NCBI GenBank assembly: GCA_027001995.1
Contig: JALTLO010000163.1
Coordinates: 1 to 36,786 of the forward strand
Reading direction: 5' to 3'
DNA: 36,786 nt
Source of the DNA: Planctomycetota bacterium
GTDB taxonomy: Bacteria > Planctomycetota > GCA-002687715 > DRQF01
Below are positions 1 through 9,079 of the stretch, one piece after another. Within the stretch, counting starts at the first letter, position 1. Every line of letters begins with the position of its first letter. Under the pieces are notes generated by a model that was given only the letters and a program-made list of their open reading frames with translations, made no database searches and was not told the DNA's origin. Position numbers and translations under genes: made by a program.

Positions 1-744
1 ATCTGGGTCAATAATCAACAGCCTAGAGAATCCAGCTGGGTTATTCATCGCGGCATAGAGAAACCCATTGGAAAACCGCATTTGTTGCAGCCCAGAATTG
101 CTACTTAACGATCCTTTGAGAACGAGGCTGCTCGAATCATAGAATTCAATAACACCTTGGTCAGCCAAGTAATCATTCTTGCTGACGGCAAAGATATTCG
201 GATCCGTTGTAGCAGCGATATATTCGTAAGGTGTCGTTACGTTAGTACTCGTTTCCGAATAATTTGCGATCTGAAATGAGACGATTCGCTCAGGACCATC
301 ACCAATCAAACCGATTACTCCCCCTTGAGAGATCGCTGCATCCACAATGTGGTCTGAAGTGGTAGTTCTCACCGTTATCGGCGCATTGCCGCCAACGGCG
401 TCGATTTCGACGACCTCGCCATCGACGCAAATGACGTACGCCAGAAGAGATTGGCGGTCATTTATTATTTTGAACGGGTTCGAGATTCCTACCGGAAGAT
501 TGATCACCGTTGCAATCTGCTCAGCTTCATCGTCAATAACATTGACGACCCTTTGAACTGCATCCAAGGCCAAGATCTTGAAGTCGCCATTAAAAGGTAA
601 CGACACAACGGATGTGGCAACGACCGGTGGATTTGAAGAGGCCCCTGCTTTTGAATCGCCATTTCCTCTGGGGAACAGGAGAACTCCCGTCAACACGAGA
701 AGGCTCAAGGCAAATAAACGGCCCAATTTAAATCTATGAATCAT
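1..744 (-). CDS. Secreted beta-propeller-like (YVTN/YncE-like) protein, 3' end runs off the window
   Basis: Not in the ORF track. Manual translation from ATG 744 is open to base 1 (248 codons): MIHRFKLGRLFALSLLVLTGVLLFPRG...QRVVNVIDDEAEQIATVINLPVG...LAYVICVDGEVVEID. It has a signal-peptide-like N-terminus and GGAG upstream. The fold call is inferred from the strand pattern. Confidence 0.7.
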   Translation of the reverse strand, partial: MIHRFKLGRLFALSLLVLTGVLLFPRGNGDSKAGASSNPPVVATSVVSLPFNGDFKILALDAVQRVVNVIDDEAEQIATVINLPVGISNPFKIINDRQSLLAYVICVDGEVVEIDAVGGNAPITVRTTTSDHIVDAAISQGGVIGLIGDGPERIVSFQIANYSETSTNVTTPYEYIAATTDPNIFAVSKNDYLADQGVIEFYDSSSLVLKGSLSSNSGLQQMRFSNGFLYAAMNNPAGFSRLLIIDPD

Positions 745-1229
745 TCAGCCACTCCATCGGCTACTTTGTATCGAGAACATCCGAGGTGGCATAAACGGGT
801 CGTGTTCTTAAAACGGCTTCCCCATGGGACTCAGCTGGCAAACGCTCACCCAAATCGTTGCTTTGGGCTGCACTTTGCAATGGAGCGACCAAGTATTCGC
901 CCGTGATTGTGTTGTTCGCGACTATCTCGTTCTGGAAAGGCGGCTGCGCCTTCCTCCCTTTTCGTTTTCTTTCTGAATCACCCAACCTTTTTTTGCAGAG
1001 AAAAACTGACGTTCAACCTCACCTGAAGGATGGAACCAGGTGATGGCCTTGTCTTTCAAATAGAATCGAACAAGAGAAGCGTGGTCGTGGAGTTTGGTAA
1101 GTGGCTCAACAAGGCTAAGACCAATAGTCCCCAACTGATTCCTAATGGGTGGGTCGTGGTCTCCGAGGATGCATCTTCCCTCGAAAGCCGGAGAAAGAAG
1201 ATCAAGAACCTACAGAACCGACCCAGGGA

Positions 1230-2060
1230 TCATTGGAATTGGGTGAGGAAGGTGAAGGAGTTGGTGGCGGTTTGGGGGGCGGTGCTGCTGGAGCGGGAGA
1301 GTTCTACGGCAAGTATTCCTTGGTAGTTTACGTCGAGCATGGCTTGGAAGATGGGGGCGAAATTCATGTCGCCTTCGCCGAAGGGGAGGTGATCGTGAAC
1401 GCCCATCTTCATGTCTTCGATGGCCATGACAACGATGTCCGAACTATAGGAACGAATCGCGTCCTCGCAGGTTCTTTCTTGGGTGACGGCCAAATGGCCA
1501 AGATCGAGGGCTAAGCCAAAATTTCGATTCGGAATCAAAGCGCAGAGTCGATCATAGTCGTTTAAGTCTTCAATAAACATGCCTGGCTCAGGCTCCACAG
1601 CCCAGGCCACAGAGCTCCCTTTGAATTGCTCGGTCAAGACACTGATGCGCTCAGCAAGGAGCCCCCAAGCTTCATCACTCGGTAAGTCATCGAAATTGTG
1701 GCCAGACCAGAAGGAAATATTCGAAGCTCCTATCCTTTCAGCCGTATCGTGGCAACGAGCCAAGAAGTCGAGCCGGTCGCCGCCGTCTTTGCGACACAAA
1801 AGGCTGGGATAGTGCTTGCGGCGGGCATTCAAATTGAATCGGGCTCCAGATTCGATGGTCACCTTCATGTCAAGGTCAGAGATCAGAGCCTTGAAGTCAG
1901 CGCAAGCAGATTCATGGTTTTTTGCAAAGGGATCTAAATGGTGAACGTCTAAGGTAAGAGCCACAGCGCCGTAGCCAATCTCGGACAAAATCTTCACAGC
2001 ATCATCCAGGCGATGGTGAGCAAAGCCATTTGTATTGTAAGATAAGGTCCAAGGGGTCAT
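1230..2060 (-). CDS. Sugar phosphate isomerase/epimerase (xylose-isomerase-like TIM barrel)
   Basis: YNTNG, VEPEPGM, LDLGH, IEDM..GVHDHLPFGEG and VELSR metal-binding motifs. Start placed at ATG 2060 (MTPWTLSYNTNG) rather than the track's 2111. Confidence 0.85.
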   Translation of the reverse strand: MTPWTLSYNTNGFAHHRLDDAVKILSEIGYGAVALTLDVHHLDPFAKNHESACADFKALISDLDMKVTIESGARFNLNARRKHYPSLLCRKDGGDRLDFLARCHDTAERIGASNISFWSGHNFDDLPSDEAWGLLAERISVLTEQFKGSSVAWAVEPEPGMFIEDLNDYDRLCALIPNRNFGLALDLGHLAVTQERTCEDAIRSYSSDIVVMAIEDMKMGVHDHLPFGEGDMNFAPIFQAMLDVNYQGILAVELSRSSSTAPQTATNSFTFLTQFQ

Positions 2061-2198
2061 GATTGCAACTGGTCTCGATGGTCGGTCTTTGAATACTTCA
2101 ACACGGGACACGATCTATGCAAACGCAAAAGACCAGCGAAAGTGGAGTGCCGAGAGTAACCTCACACCCAACAAAGGAAAAGGGAGCAAGCTAAGATC

Positions 2199-3263
2199 GT
2201 GATCCTGCTGACAGCCCTAGCCATTCTCCTGCTTTCATTCTTGGTCGCTCATAAAGTAACTCCAAGAATTCGAACTTTCTACATCAAGAAACGCCGACTC
2301 GATGGCCCTGGTGAAAAGAAGTTGCAAAAGGTGCCTGTTCCCTATGGCGCAGGCTTGGCCGTTTTTCTTGGTTTCGCAGCCCCCATTGCCATCGGGATCA
2401 TCGCTGCTTTTATTGCCTGGGAATCGGCCCCCGAATTATTGCGTGAACATGCCCAAGGTATCCAATCGAAAGTTCAGCCGATGGTGGCTATTTTGCTGGG
2501 AGCCACTTTGATGCTCGCCCTGGGCCGCGTTGACGATCGAAACCCCCTGTCTGTTCGTTTGCGCCTTTTGATACAGGTTTTTGTCGCCAGCATGGTCGCT
2601 CTTTTGGGTGTAAAGCTGAGCCTTTTCGTCTCTTCTGAGCTTCTTCAGATTATCATGACGGCACTTTGGCTAGTCTTCGTTATGAACGTCTGCAATTTCA
2701 TGGACAATATGGATGGGCTTCTTCCTGGATGCACACTCATCGCAACCCTTTGTTTCGCCGTTTTCTCTGGGCTCTCTGGACAGCTTTTCATCGGCGCTTT
2801 CTCCTTGGCATTGGCCGGAGCAGTGGCAGGAATTCTTAAGTACAACCTCCATCCCGCTAAGATATACCTCGGTGACGAAGGCAGTTTGTTTATTGGCTTT
2901 CTCTTGGCCTGTCTATCGGTTCTGGCCAGTTACGTCCCTGAAGACTCCGAAGGCCTTTCTTGGCGACCATTTCTCATTCCTTTTTTGCTCTTGGGCATGC
3001 CTGTCATTGACGGTGTGCTCGTCATCGCTCGTCGTATAAAGAGACGTCAGGCGCCTTGGGAAGGAGGTTTAGATCATCTCAGTCATCGGTTGCTACGCCA
3101 AGGTAAGTCGAAGACAGAGGCGGTGAGATTGATCTGGGCAGCATCGGTATTGCTGGGAACTGGGGGCATATTTCTGTCCCAGCCCACAGGGTCAGGGTGG
3201 TTCATTCTCCTCGCTGGAGGAGGTACGGCTCTTTTCCTATCTCGGCTGGAGGGCTCAAGATAG
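2199..3263 (+). CDS. wecA: Undecaprenyl-phosphate GlcNAc-1-phosphate transferase (MraY/WecA, Glycos_transf_4 family)
   Basis: Polytopic membrane protein with VPYGAG, GRVDD, NFMDNMDGL, YLGDEGS and DHLSHRL motifs. Confidence 0.8.
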   Translation: MILLTALAILLLSFLVAHKVTPRIRTFYIKKRRLDGPGEKKLQKVPVPYGAGLAVFLGFAAPIAIGIIAAFIAWESAPELLREHAQGIQSKVQPMVAILLGATLMLALGRVDDRNPLSVRLRLLIQVFVASMVALLGVKLSLFVSSELLQIIMTALWLVFVMNVCNFMDNMDGLLPGCTLIATLCFAVFSGLSGQLFIGAFSLALAGAVAGILKYNLHPAKIYLGDEGSLFIGFLLACLSVLASYVPEDSEGLSWRPFLIPFLLLGMPVIDGVLVIARRIKRRQAPWEGGLDHLSHRLLRQGKSKTEAVRLIWAASVLLGTGGIFLSQPTGSGWFILLAGGGTALFLSRLEGSR

Positions 3264-3292
3264 AAGGGGATAGTAGGATGGGGATGCGTTTC

Positions 3293-3659
3293 TCATTTTT
3301 CTCTTGTCGAGCACCTTGTTACTTGCCCGGCAGCATATTGGAAGGCAACAAACGTCAAGCCTTCGGGTTCGCCGATCTCATAGACCCCTGCGATGATGGG
3401 GTTGGCTCAGTTTTCCCTCAGCTCCGGCCTGGCGCTCAAAACGCAAGAGGACCACTCTCGACATCCACCGGTTTCAGGCAATACCTCAAGAGCAACCCGC
3501 CGAGGAATGTTCATATCTTCTGCCTGATAGCCGTGGTCGATTTTCTTGTAAGTTTATGATGGCTGTTTCTCTTGACCACAGCCCCATGCTCAGACCTTTT
3601 CGAGTAAACGGAAGGGTGTCGTCATCAGAATGGATAGTCTTCTGATCGTCGAAACTCAT
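3293..3659 (-). pseudogene. Decayed Hanks-type Ser/Thr protein kinase N-lobe fragment
   Basis: Consecutive minus-strand segments in different frames read SHHKLTRK, YQAEDMNIPRRVALEVLPE (from 3529), LRFERQAGAEGKLS (from 3446) and PIIAGVYEIGEPEGLTFVAFQYAAGQ (from 3400). These match kinase subdomains I-V in order, with several frameshifts. Confidence 0.7.
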
Positions 3660-3842
3660 GGAGCTCTCGAAGTAACGTTAGATCTTGGATCTACCTCTTT
3701 TCGCAGTTGGCTACCCACAACGACCTTTTTGACGGGCAGAACAAACTCATGAATCCATTTCTTTTGACGGATTGCTGGGCAATTTTGTCGTTTGTCGAGA
3801 TTTTCTCCTCAATTTGAACATCGAACCGATCTATGGGATGAC

Positions 3843-6542
3843 ATGAACAGGAAACTCATGATTACAGATGAACTTCTCAAACACGCCACTTTTGTGCGTC
3901 GCTTGGCTTTAAGGCTTACTGGTGACGTCCACCGGGCTGAAGATGTGGCGCAGGAGGCCTGGCTAGCGGCGGCACAGCGGCCGCCTACAAGAAAGAAAGC
4001 TCTAAGAGGTTGGCTTCGTGTTGTTGTCAAGAATCTCGTGGCCAAGCAGGCGAACGACTTGGGTCGGCGGGAAACTCAAATGTCGCCGACCACGATGGAG
4101 AGCATCCCCAGTGAGTCTTTCCGAACAACAGGCGATCGTCAGCTCTTGAGCATCATGGTTTCAGAAGTGTTGAGACTTCCTGAGCCATATCAAACGCTCA
4201 TTCTGCAGCGCTACTACGAAGGTAAAACCGTCCCCCAAGTGGCGGAACAAGTGGGCAGTACCCCTGCTCAAGTGAGACATCGCATTGATCGGGGATTGGA
4301 GATGCTGAGGGATTCCCTCACTTCGTCCTTAGGGGATTCTCATTCTGATTGGCGGCGCAGTTTGGCCCTTGCTTGCGGAATCGGGACGGAGTTTACGAAG
4401 ACAAAAACAACAATGGGAATCGGCCTAGTTATGGCGAAGGCAAAGACTCTAACAAGCACCTTGGTAATTCTTCTTGTTTGCGCGGTGAGCTTCTTCGGAT
4501 GGCGAGCTCTGGGCGAAGAGAAGGCGGCTATCTTGGACGAGGCGAGTCGCTCCATTGAGGTTGGTGAAAGCCGCGAACCAAGACGGATGGAAGAAGAAAA
4601 GCCGCAGAACCTCCTGAGTTCGCAAGAGAAGGAAATCGGCACTGAGCTGCCCGATGTGGCCCTTCAGGATGAAGGGGATCTGACTCTTGAGTTTGTTTGG
4701 GCCGTCGATGGAAGCCCAGCCGCAGACATTGAAGTTTCTGTGGCCTCAGAATCCCGCGGGATCGACCACAGATCCAAACGCATCGCGTCAGATGCCGAGG
4801 GTTTGGTTCATCTTGCTATGACTTCCGATTCCGCTCTCCTGATCCGCACACCCCGATTCCCTACTCAAGTGCTGAAGAAGATTGAAGCAGGAACGTCAGG
4901 AAGGATACGAGTCGAGATACCGATCGGTATCGATGCGAAGGGCAAGGTCGTCGACCAACTGGGACAAGGGGTAGCAGGTGCGGACATCTTGATCACTGCG
5001 TCCAATTCCTTTGCCAGCACCAAAGCAATCGCCACCTCCGGACTTGACGGAAGCTTTTTCTTGCGCCAGGTGTCCCCTCGATCCTTCATTGCAGCGAGGC
5101 ACCGAGACTTCGCCGCTTCTGATTTGCTTAAGCCCCCGGCCTCCGTGAATTCTGAAGTTCTCATTCCCCTGACTCTGGCGTTAAAGTCGGATTGGGGATC
5201 CATTTCAGGGCAGGTTGTGGGGCCACAAGATCAACCGATTGTGGGTGCATTGGTAAAAGCAGGTTGCCGAGAATGGAAGAATCAAACCGACGCCACTGGT
5301 ACGAATCGCTATCCGGCTCCTGCCCGTGTTGTTTATACTGGTGATGATGGCACGTTTGATACGGGGCCACTTCGTGCTGGCCCGATTGATCTCATCGTCG
5401 CAGCTAAGGACCTGAATTTCGCTCTGGAGGCTCGAAAGATTTCCTTAGCACCGAGTGTCAGAGAGCAAATGATGATCAAATTGTCGGCAAGTCCTATTCT
5501 CAGAGGCGCACTCAAGGATGGAGAGGGTCACCCGTTGGCAAATGTTGTGATCGGAAGCACTGATTTCTTTGATGTTGACGTGGGTGCCATACGCCGAAGC
5601 AATGCGGTGAGCGATGCGAATGGCCGCTATGAACTCAAAGGATTGCCCATAGGGATGGTCAATGTCTTTGCCCGTCAAAACAACGATTCCCAAGAGTTTG
5701 GCACTCTTGAATTACGCGCGGGAGAAGTCCATGAGTGGAGTCCGGTCTTCTCCATAGGCGCTCGAATTTTTGGGCGCCTACTTGACGCCAAGGGGCGCTC
5801 GCTTCCTTCGTGGACGGTACGTGGTGATGATGGCCCACGGTGGCGCCGAAGGACCAGGACAGACAGGCTCGGACGTTTCGAATTGACCCAATGTCCACCG
5901 GGTAGGAAACTAAGGGTTACTTTTTCCCACTCCTATTGTTCGGCTGGCCTTCCTGCCTTAACTCGTATGGTCGAGGCTGGGCCCAACGAACTGGTCGTAA
6001 AGATGGAAGAAAAGGAAACGCCTATGTCCTTTGTCGTTGGCAGGATCGTGGACTCAAAGAGGAATTGCCCGCCGGCAGTTTCGATGAAGCTGGGGGTTCG
6101 GGCCAGTGAGTCAATGCAGGGCTTTAGCCGCATCGAAGCCGACGGTTCTTTTCGGATCGGACCTTTGGCCAAAGGGATCTACAAGCTGCAAATTAATGCC
6201 ACAGGATTTGGCAAGAAATTTCTTGACGTCATTGATCTCGGGGCAAAAGAAACCAAAGACTTGGGGACCATTCGTTTCGAGAATCCGGCACACTTGACTC
6301 TTGATTTCGATTATCCTGACGGAGTACCTTCAGGGACGGCCTATGTAAATGTATTGTTCCACGGCGAACTGGTAGAACGATCGGCAGTCGAAGGCCAGGA
6401 GCATACGTCCTTTCCTTTGGCCCCCGGTCGCTACCGCGTGTCGCTTTCGTGCTGGAAGAGTTCTGTGGTTGAGTCAACCCAGGAAATAATTTTGCGAGCG
6501 GGAGAGTTGAAGAGATTGCAGATAAGGGTCGAGAAACGCTGA
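3843..6542 (+). CDS. ECF sigma-70 factor with a transmembrane helix and long C-terminal carboxypeptidase-regulatory-like repeat extension
   Basis: Region 2 (AEDVAQEAW...GWL), region 4 (LPEPYQTLILQRYYEG...VRHRIDRG), hydrophobic TLVILLVCAVSFFGW, then repeated G.V.D..G.P..G/A.V...TD..G.F units. Start is ATG 3843 or 3858. Confidence 0.85.
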   Translation: MNRKLMITDELLKHATFVRRLALRLTGDVHRAEDVAQEAWLAAAQRPPTRKKALRGWLRVVVKNLVAKQANDLGRRETQMSPTTMESIPSESFRTTGDRQLLSIMVSEVLRLPEPYQTLILQRYYEGKTVPQVAEQVGSTPAQVRHRIDRGLEMLRDSLTSSLGDSHSDWRRSLALACGIGTEFTKTKTTMGIGLVMAKAKTLTSTLVILLVCAVSFFGWRALGEEKAAILDEASRSIEVGESREPRRMEEEKPQNLLSSQEKEIGTELPDVALQDEGDLTLEFVWAVDGSPAADIEVSVASESRGIDHRSKRIASDAEGLVHLAMTSDSALLIRTPRFPTQVLKKIEAGTSGRIRVEIPIGIDAKGKVVDQLGQGVAGADILITASNSFASTKAIATSGLDGSFFLRQVSPRSFIAARHRDFAASDLLKPPASVNSEVLIPLTLALKSDWGSISGQVVGPQDQPIVGALVKAGCREWKNQTDATGTNRYPAPARVVYTGDDGTFDTGPLRAGPIDLIVAAKDLNFALEARKISLAPSVREQMMIKLSASPILRGALKDGEGHPLANVVIGSTDFFDVDVGAIRRSNAVSDANGRYELKGLPIGMVNVFARQNNDSQEFGTLELRAGEVHEWSPVFSIGARIFGRLLDAKGRSLPSWTVRGDDGPRWRRRTRTDRLGRFELTQCPPGRKLRVTFSHSYCSAGLPALTRMVEAGPNELVVKMEEKETPMSFVVGRIVDSKRNCPPAVSMKLGVRASESMQGFSRIEADGSFRIGPLAKGIYKLQINATGFGKKFLDVIDLGAKETKDLGTIRFENPAHLTLDFDYPDGVPSGTAYVNVLFHGELVERSAVEGQEHTSFPLAPGRYRVSLSCWKSSVVESTQEIILRAGELKRLQIRVEKR

Positions 6543-6809
6543 CGATCAAACGACGATGCGAACAATGAGAATACTCGCGCCACTGAAAAGGAGACCATAG
6601 GAAAAACGCGCCAAGGCGCTCATGGGCGCTGCTGCGTCAAAGCGAGTTCCCTTGATGGATCATGCACCAGTATTCGAACCGGGTCCTTTGGGCCTCAACA
6701 AGGTGCGTGTAGTTCCTCGTGATCGAAAATATCAGCCAGGTACTTCACATAGAGGTGATGAACAGGTTGCCCCCCCAGAATGACTGGGTTTCTTGTGCAA
6801 CATCAAAAT

Positions 6810-6881
6810 ATTCTGCACAGCCCAAAGCTTGCAAACCTCTCAAGACTATAAGGTCACTCAAGCCTTTGTGCTGTGCAGAAT
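6810..6881. repeat. Imperfect inverted repeat (~22-bp arms) just downstream of the FG-GAP gene; possible terminator or stabilising hairpin
   Basis: ATTCTGCACAGCCCAAAGCTTG (6810-6831) pairs with CAAGCCTTTGTGCTGTGCAGAAT (6859-6881) around a 27-nt loop, between convergent genes. Confidence 0.6.
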
Positions 6882-6897
6882 CTGACGCCGTACGACT

Positions 6898-8544
6898 TTA
6901 CGGAATAGCCACGAAGCAAATCCCGTTGGATGCGGAGATCACCGGATTCGTTTCGATAAACTGAACAAAGAGAGCAGTTCCTGCAATAGATGGAAGACGC
7001 CGCGACACGCCGTCCACAATAAACTCGCCAGCAAAGTTAGCGCCCAGTCCTGCCGAGAGCAACAAGTTGGTGGAATCGACGGCAGCCAACAAATCAAACC
7101 CAAGGACGGGGATATCAGCTGGAGCCAAGCTTGCCAGAATCAAACCAACAGCCCCCGGGGTGGCACCGCCACAGAGCAATCTTCCAGCGGCATTATTTAC
7201 ATGTTGATGGCTCGGCTGCCAAGCCAGGTTGAGAATAGGAGCATTGCCAGAGTTGGATTGAAATAGGCTCAAAGGAACAATGCCGCTGGCGTAGAGACGG
7301 GCTTCACCATTTCTAGTGAATTGTTGAAATGAACCAACAAGAACGTCAGCAAGACCATCGCTATTGATATCTCCTACTTTCGCAACTTTCTGAGCAAATA
7401 CTTGGCTGCTTTCCGGCGTGGGGAGTGTGCCGAGCACAGAGCCGCCAGCACCCGAATAGACTCGAATCACTGGGATGAACGAGGCTGGTGCGCTCAACGA
7501 AGCCTCGACGGAAACGGCGAAATCAACAGTTCCATCTCCATCGGCATCCCCAAGACCCGACACGGCCCTACCCACGATGGATGAAGATGTTCCCAAGAGC
7601 GTGCGAAGAGGGGCTCCGGTAGATCCGGAGAATACTCTAGCTCTTCCAACCTGTCCGACTCCGGGGGCGATCTTTCCTGGTTCACCGACAATAAAATCAG
7701 CAAACCCGTCATGGTCTAAATCACCAGCACCATCAACGGATTCTCCCATCCGTGATCCTATGTTCGTTCCGAATAGCGTCCTAAGAAGTGCTCCGTTGCT
7801 ACCAGATAGGATTGAAACCATGCCGACCGATTGATTGAGGTTGTTTAGGCGGGCTGGCCCACCCACAATCAGATCATTGATTCCATCACCATTGACATCG
7901 CCCGCATTGGCTATGCTCACATCCAAGCCTCCCGCTCCAAAAGTTGAGTAGAGCGTGGTACCGCTAATTCCGGAGTAAACGGTAATCAATCCAGTGCCAA
8001 CGAAAACCGATGCCACAGCGAAATCTGCATGTCCGTCATTATTGACATCACCAAGACCAGTTACTGCTGCACCAGTGGCACCGGCAGGAGCGAAGCCCAA
8101 CACATAATAAAGCACGCTACCATCAAGCCCAGAAAAGACCTTAGCCGAGCCGGTGGCACCATTGAAGGTGTCGTTGGGGATTCCGACGATAAAATCGTCC
8201 CGCCCATCATTGTTGACATCTCCGACGCCAGCGACACTAGAGCCAAAGTTATCCGAAAAGTCCTGCCCAAGAATGTCGAACAAAGATGAGCCATCGGCGC
8301 CCGAAAACACTTGGACACGTCCAAATTCTCCACCGAAACCAAAGACGCTTGGCTCTCCAGGGGATCCGACAATGATGTCGACCGTCCCGTCTCCATTGAC
8401 GTCCCCAGCATTGGCAATAGCCGATTTTTCGCTGTAGGGACTGTTGGGGCCGTCGTGATATTGAATCGTCGTGAACTGAGCTTGTAGCCCGGCAACCAAG
8501 ATGGTGGTCGCCACAAGAATGAAAAGGGGCATCGTCCTATTCAT
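6898..8544 (-). CDS. Secreted FG-GAP/integrin-alpha seven-bladed beta-propeller protein with an extra C-terminal domain
   Basis: Seven GD(V/L/A/I)xxDGxxD Ca-binding repeats. Signal peptide MNRTMPLFILVATTILVAGLQA from ATG 8544; the track's extra 88 N-terminal residues look non-coding. Confidence 0.88.
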   Translation of the reverse strand: MNRTMPLFILVATTILVAGLQAQFTTIQYHDGPNSPYSEKSAIANAGDVNGDGTVDIIVGSPGEPSVFGFGGEFGRVQVFSGADGSSLFDILGQDFSDNFGSSVAGVGDVNNDGRDDFIVGIPNDTFNGATGSAKVFSGLDGSVLYYVLGFAPAGATGAAVTGLGDVNNDGHADFAVASVFVGTGLITVYSGISGTTLYSTFGAGGLDVSIANAGDVNGDGINDLIVGGPARLNNLNQSVGMVSILSGSNGALLRTLFGTNIGSRMGESVDGAGDLDHDGFADFIVGEPGKIAPGVGQVGRARVFSGSTGAPLRTLLGTSSSIVGRAVSGLGDADGDGTVDFAVSVEASLSAPASFIPVIRVYSGAGGSVLGTLPTPESSQVFAQKVAKVGDINSDGLADVLVGSFQQFTRNGEARLYASGIVPLSLFQSNSGNAPILNLAWQPSHQHVNNAAGRLLCGGATPGAVGLILASLAPADIPVLGFDLLAAVDSTNLLLSAGLGANFAGEFIVDGVSRRLPSIAGTALFVQFIETNPVISASNGICFVAIP

Positions 8545-9079
8545 GATATTTCTCTTCTTACTTCCCCAGGAATGCGACGTTGACGCTACTGAGTGAAGTT
8601 GTGGCGTGTCAAGACCTTTCGGTTTTCCCAAAGAACTCCTGGAAACAATGTTCGATTCGTTTCTTGCACCCCAATGCTCCCAAACCCGCCAGTTGGATTG
8701 CACAAAGTGATGATCGATAGCGCTGAGCACGGACCATGGGCATTCGCCTCCTTGGTCATCCTTTATAGCGAGATTTGGACAGTGGGTGTCACAGTTCTGG
8801 ACTGACACACCCGAAACTTCAAATCGCCGCTGGCGAAGCGCGCCATGGCCGGCGCCTTGAAGATGGCGACGAAGAAGGTTGGGCGTTTACAGCCAAGATT
8901 CAATCCAAATCCCAACGGCCCACAATGGTGCAACCCTCGTTTTTTATGTCTTACCCGGCGTGGGGATAAGGTTCCTTGAATCGGGGGCCACTGATTGTTT
9001 CAAAATGGGTGTTCCAAAGATCAGAAGTGTCACAAGGAGCCCAAGGCCTCGTGCCATCAACCCCCAAGGCAAGTCCTTT

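Noticed and set aside
761..1326. Short ORFs 761-985, 858-1043, 922-1134 and 1030-1326
   Set aside because: They overlap each other, have no motifs or convincing RBS, and no decayed gene was recognisable.
8784..8812. Small imperfect hairpin GGGTGTCACAGT/ACTGACACACCC
   Set aside because: Single copy, mismatched, no U tract; no function can be supported.
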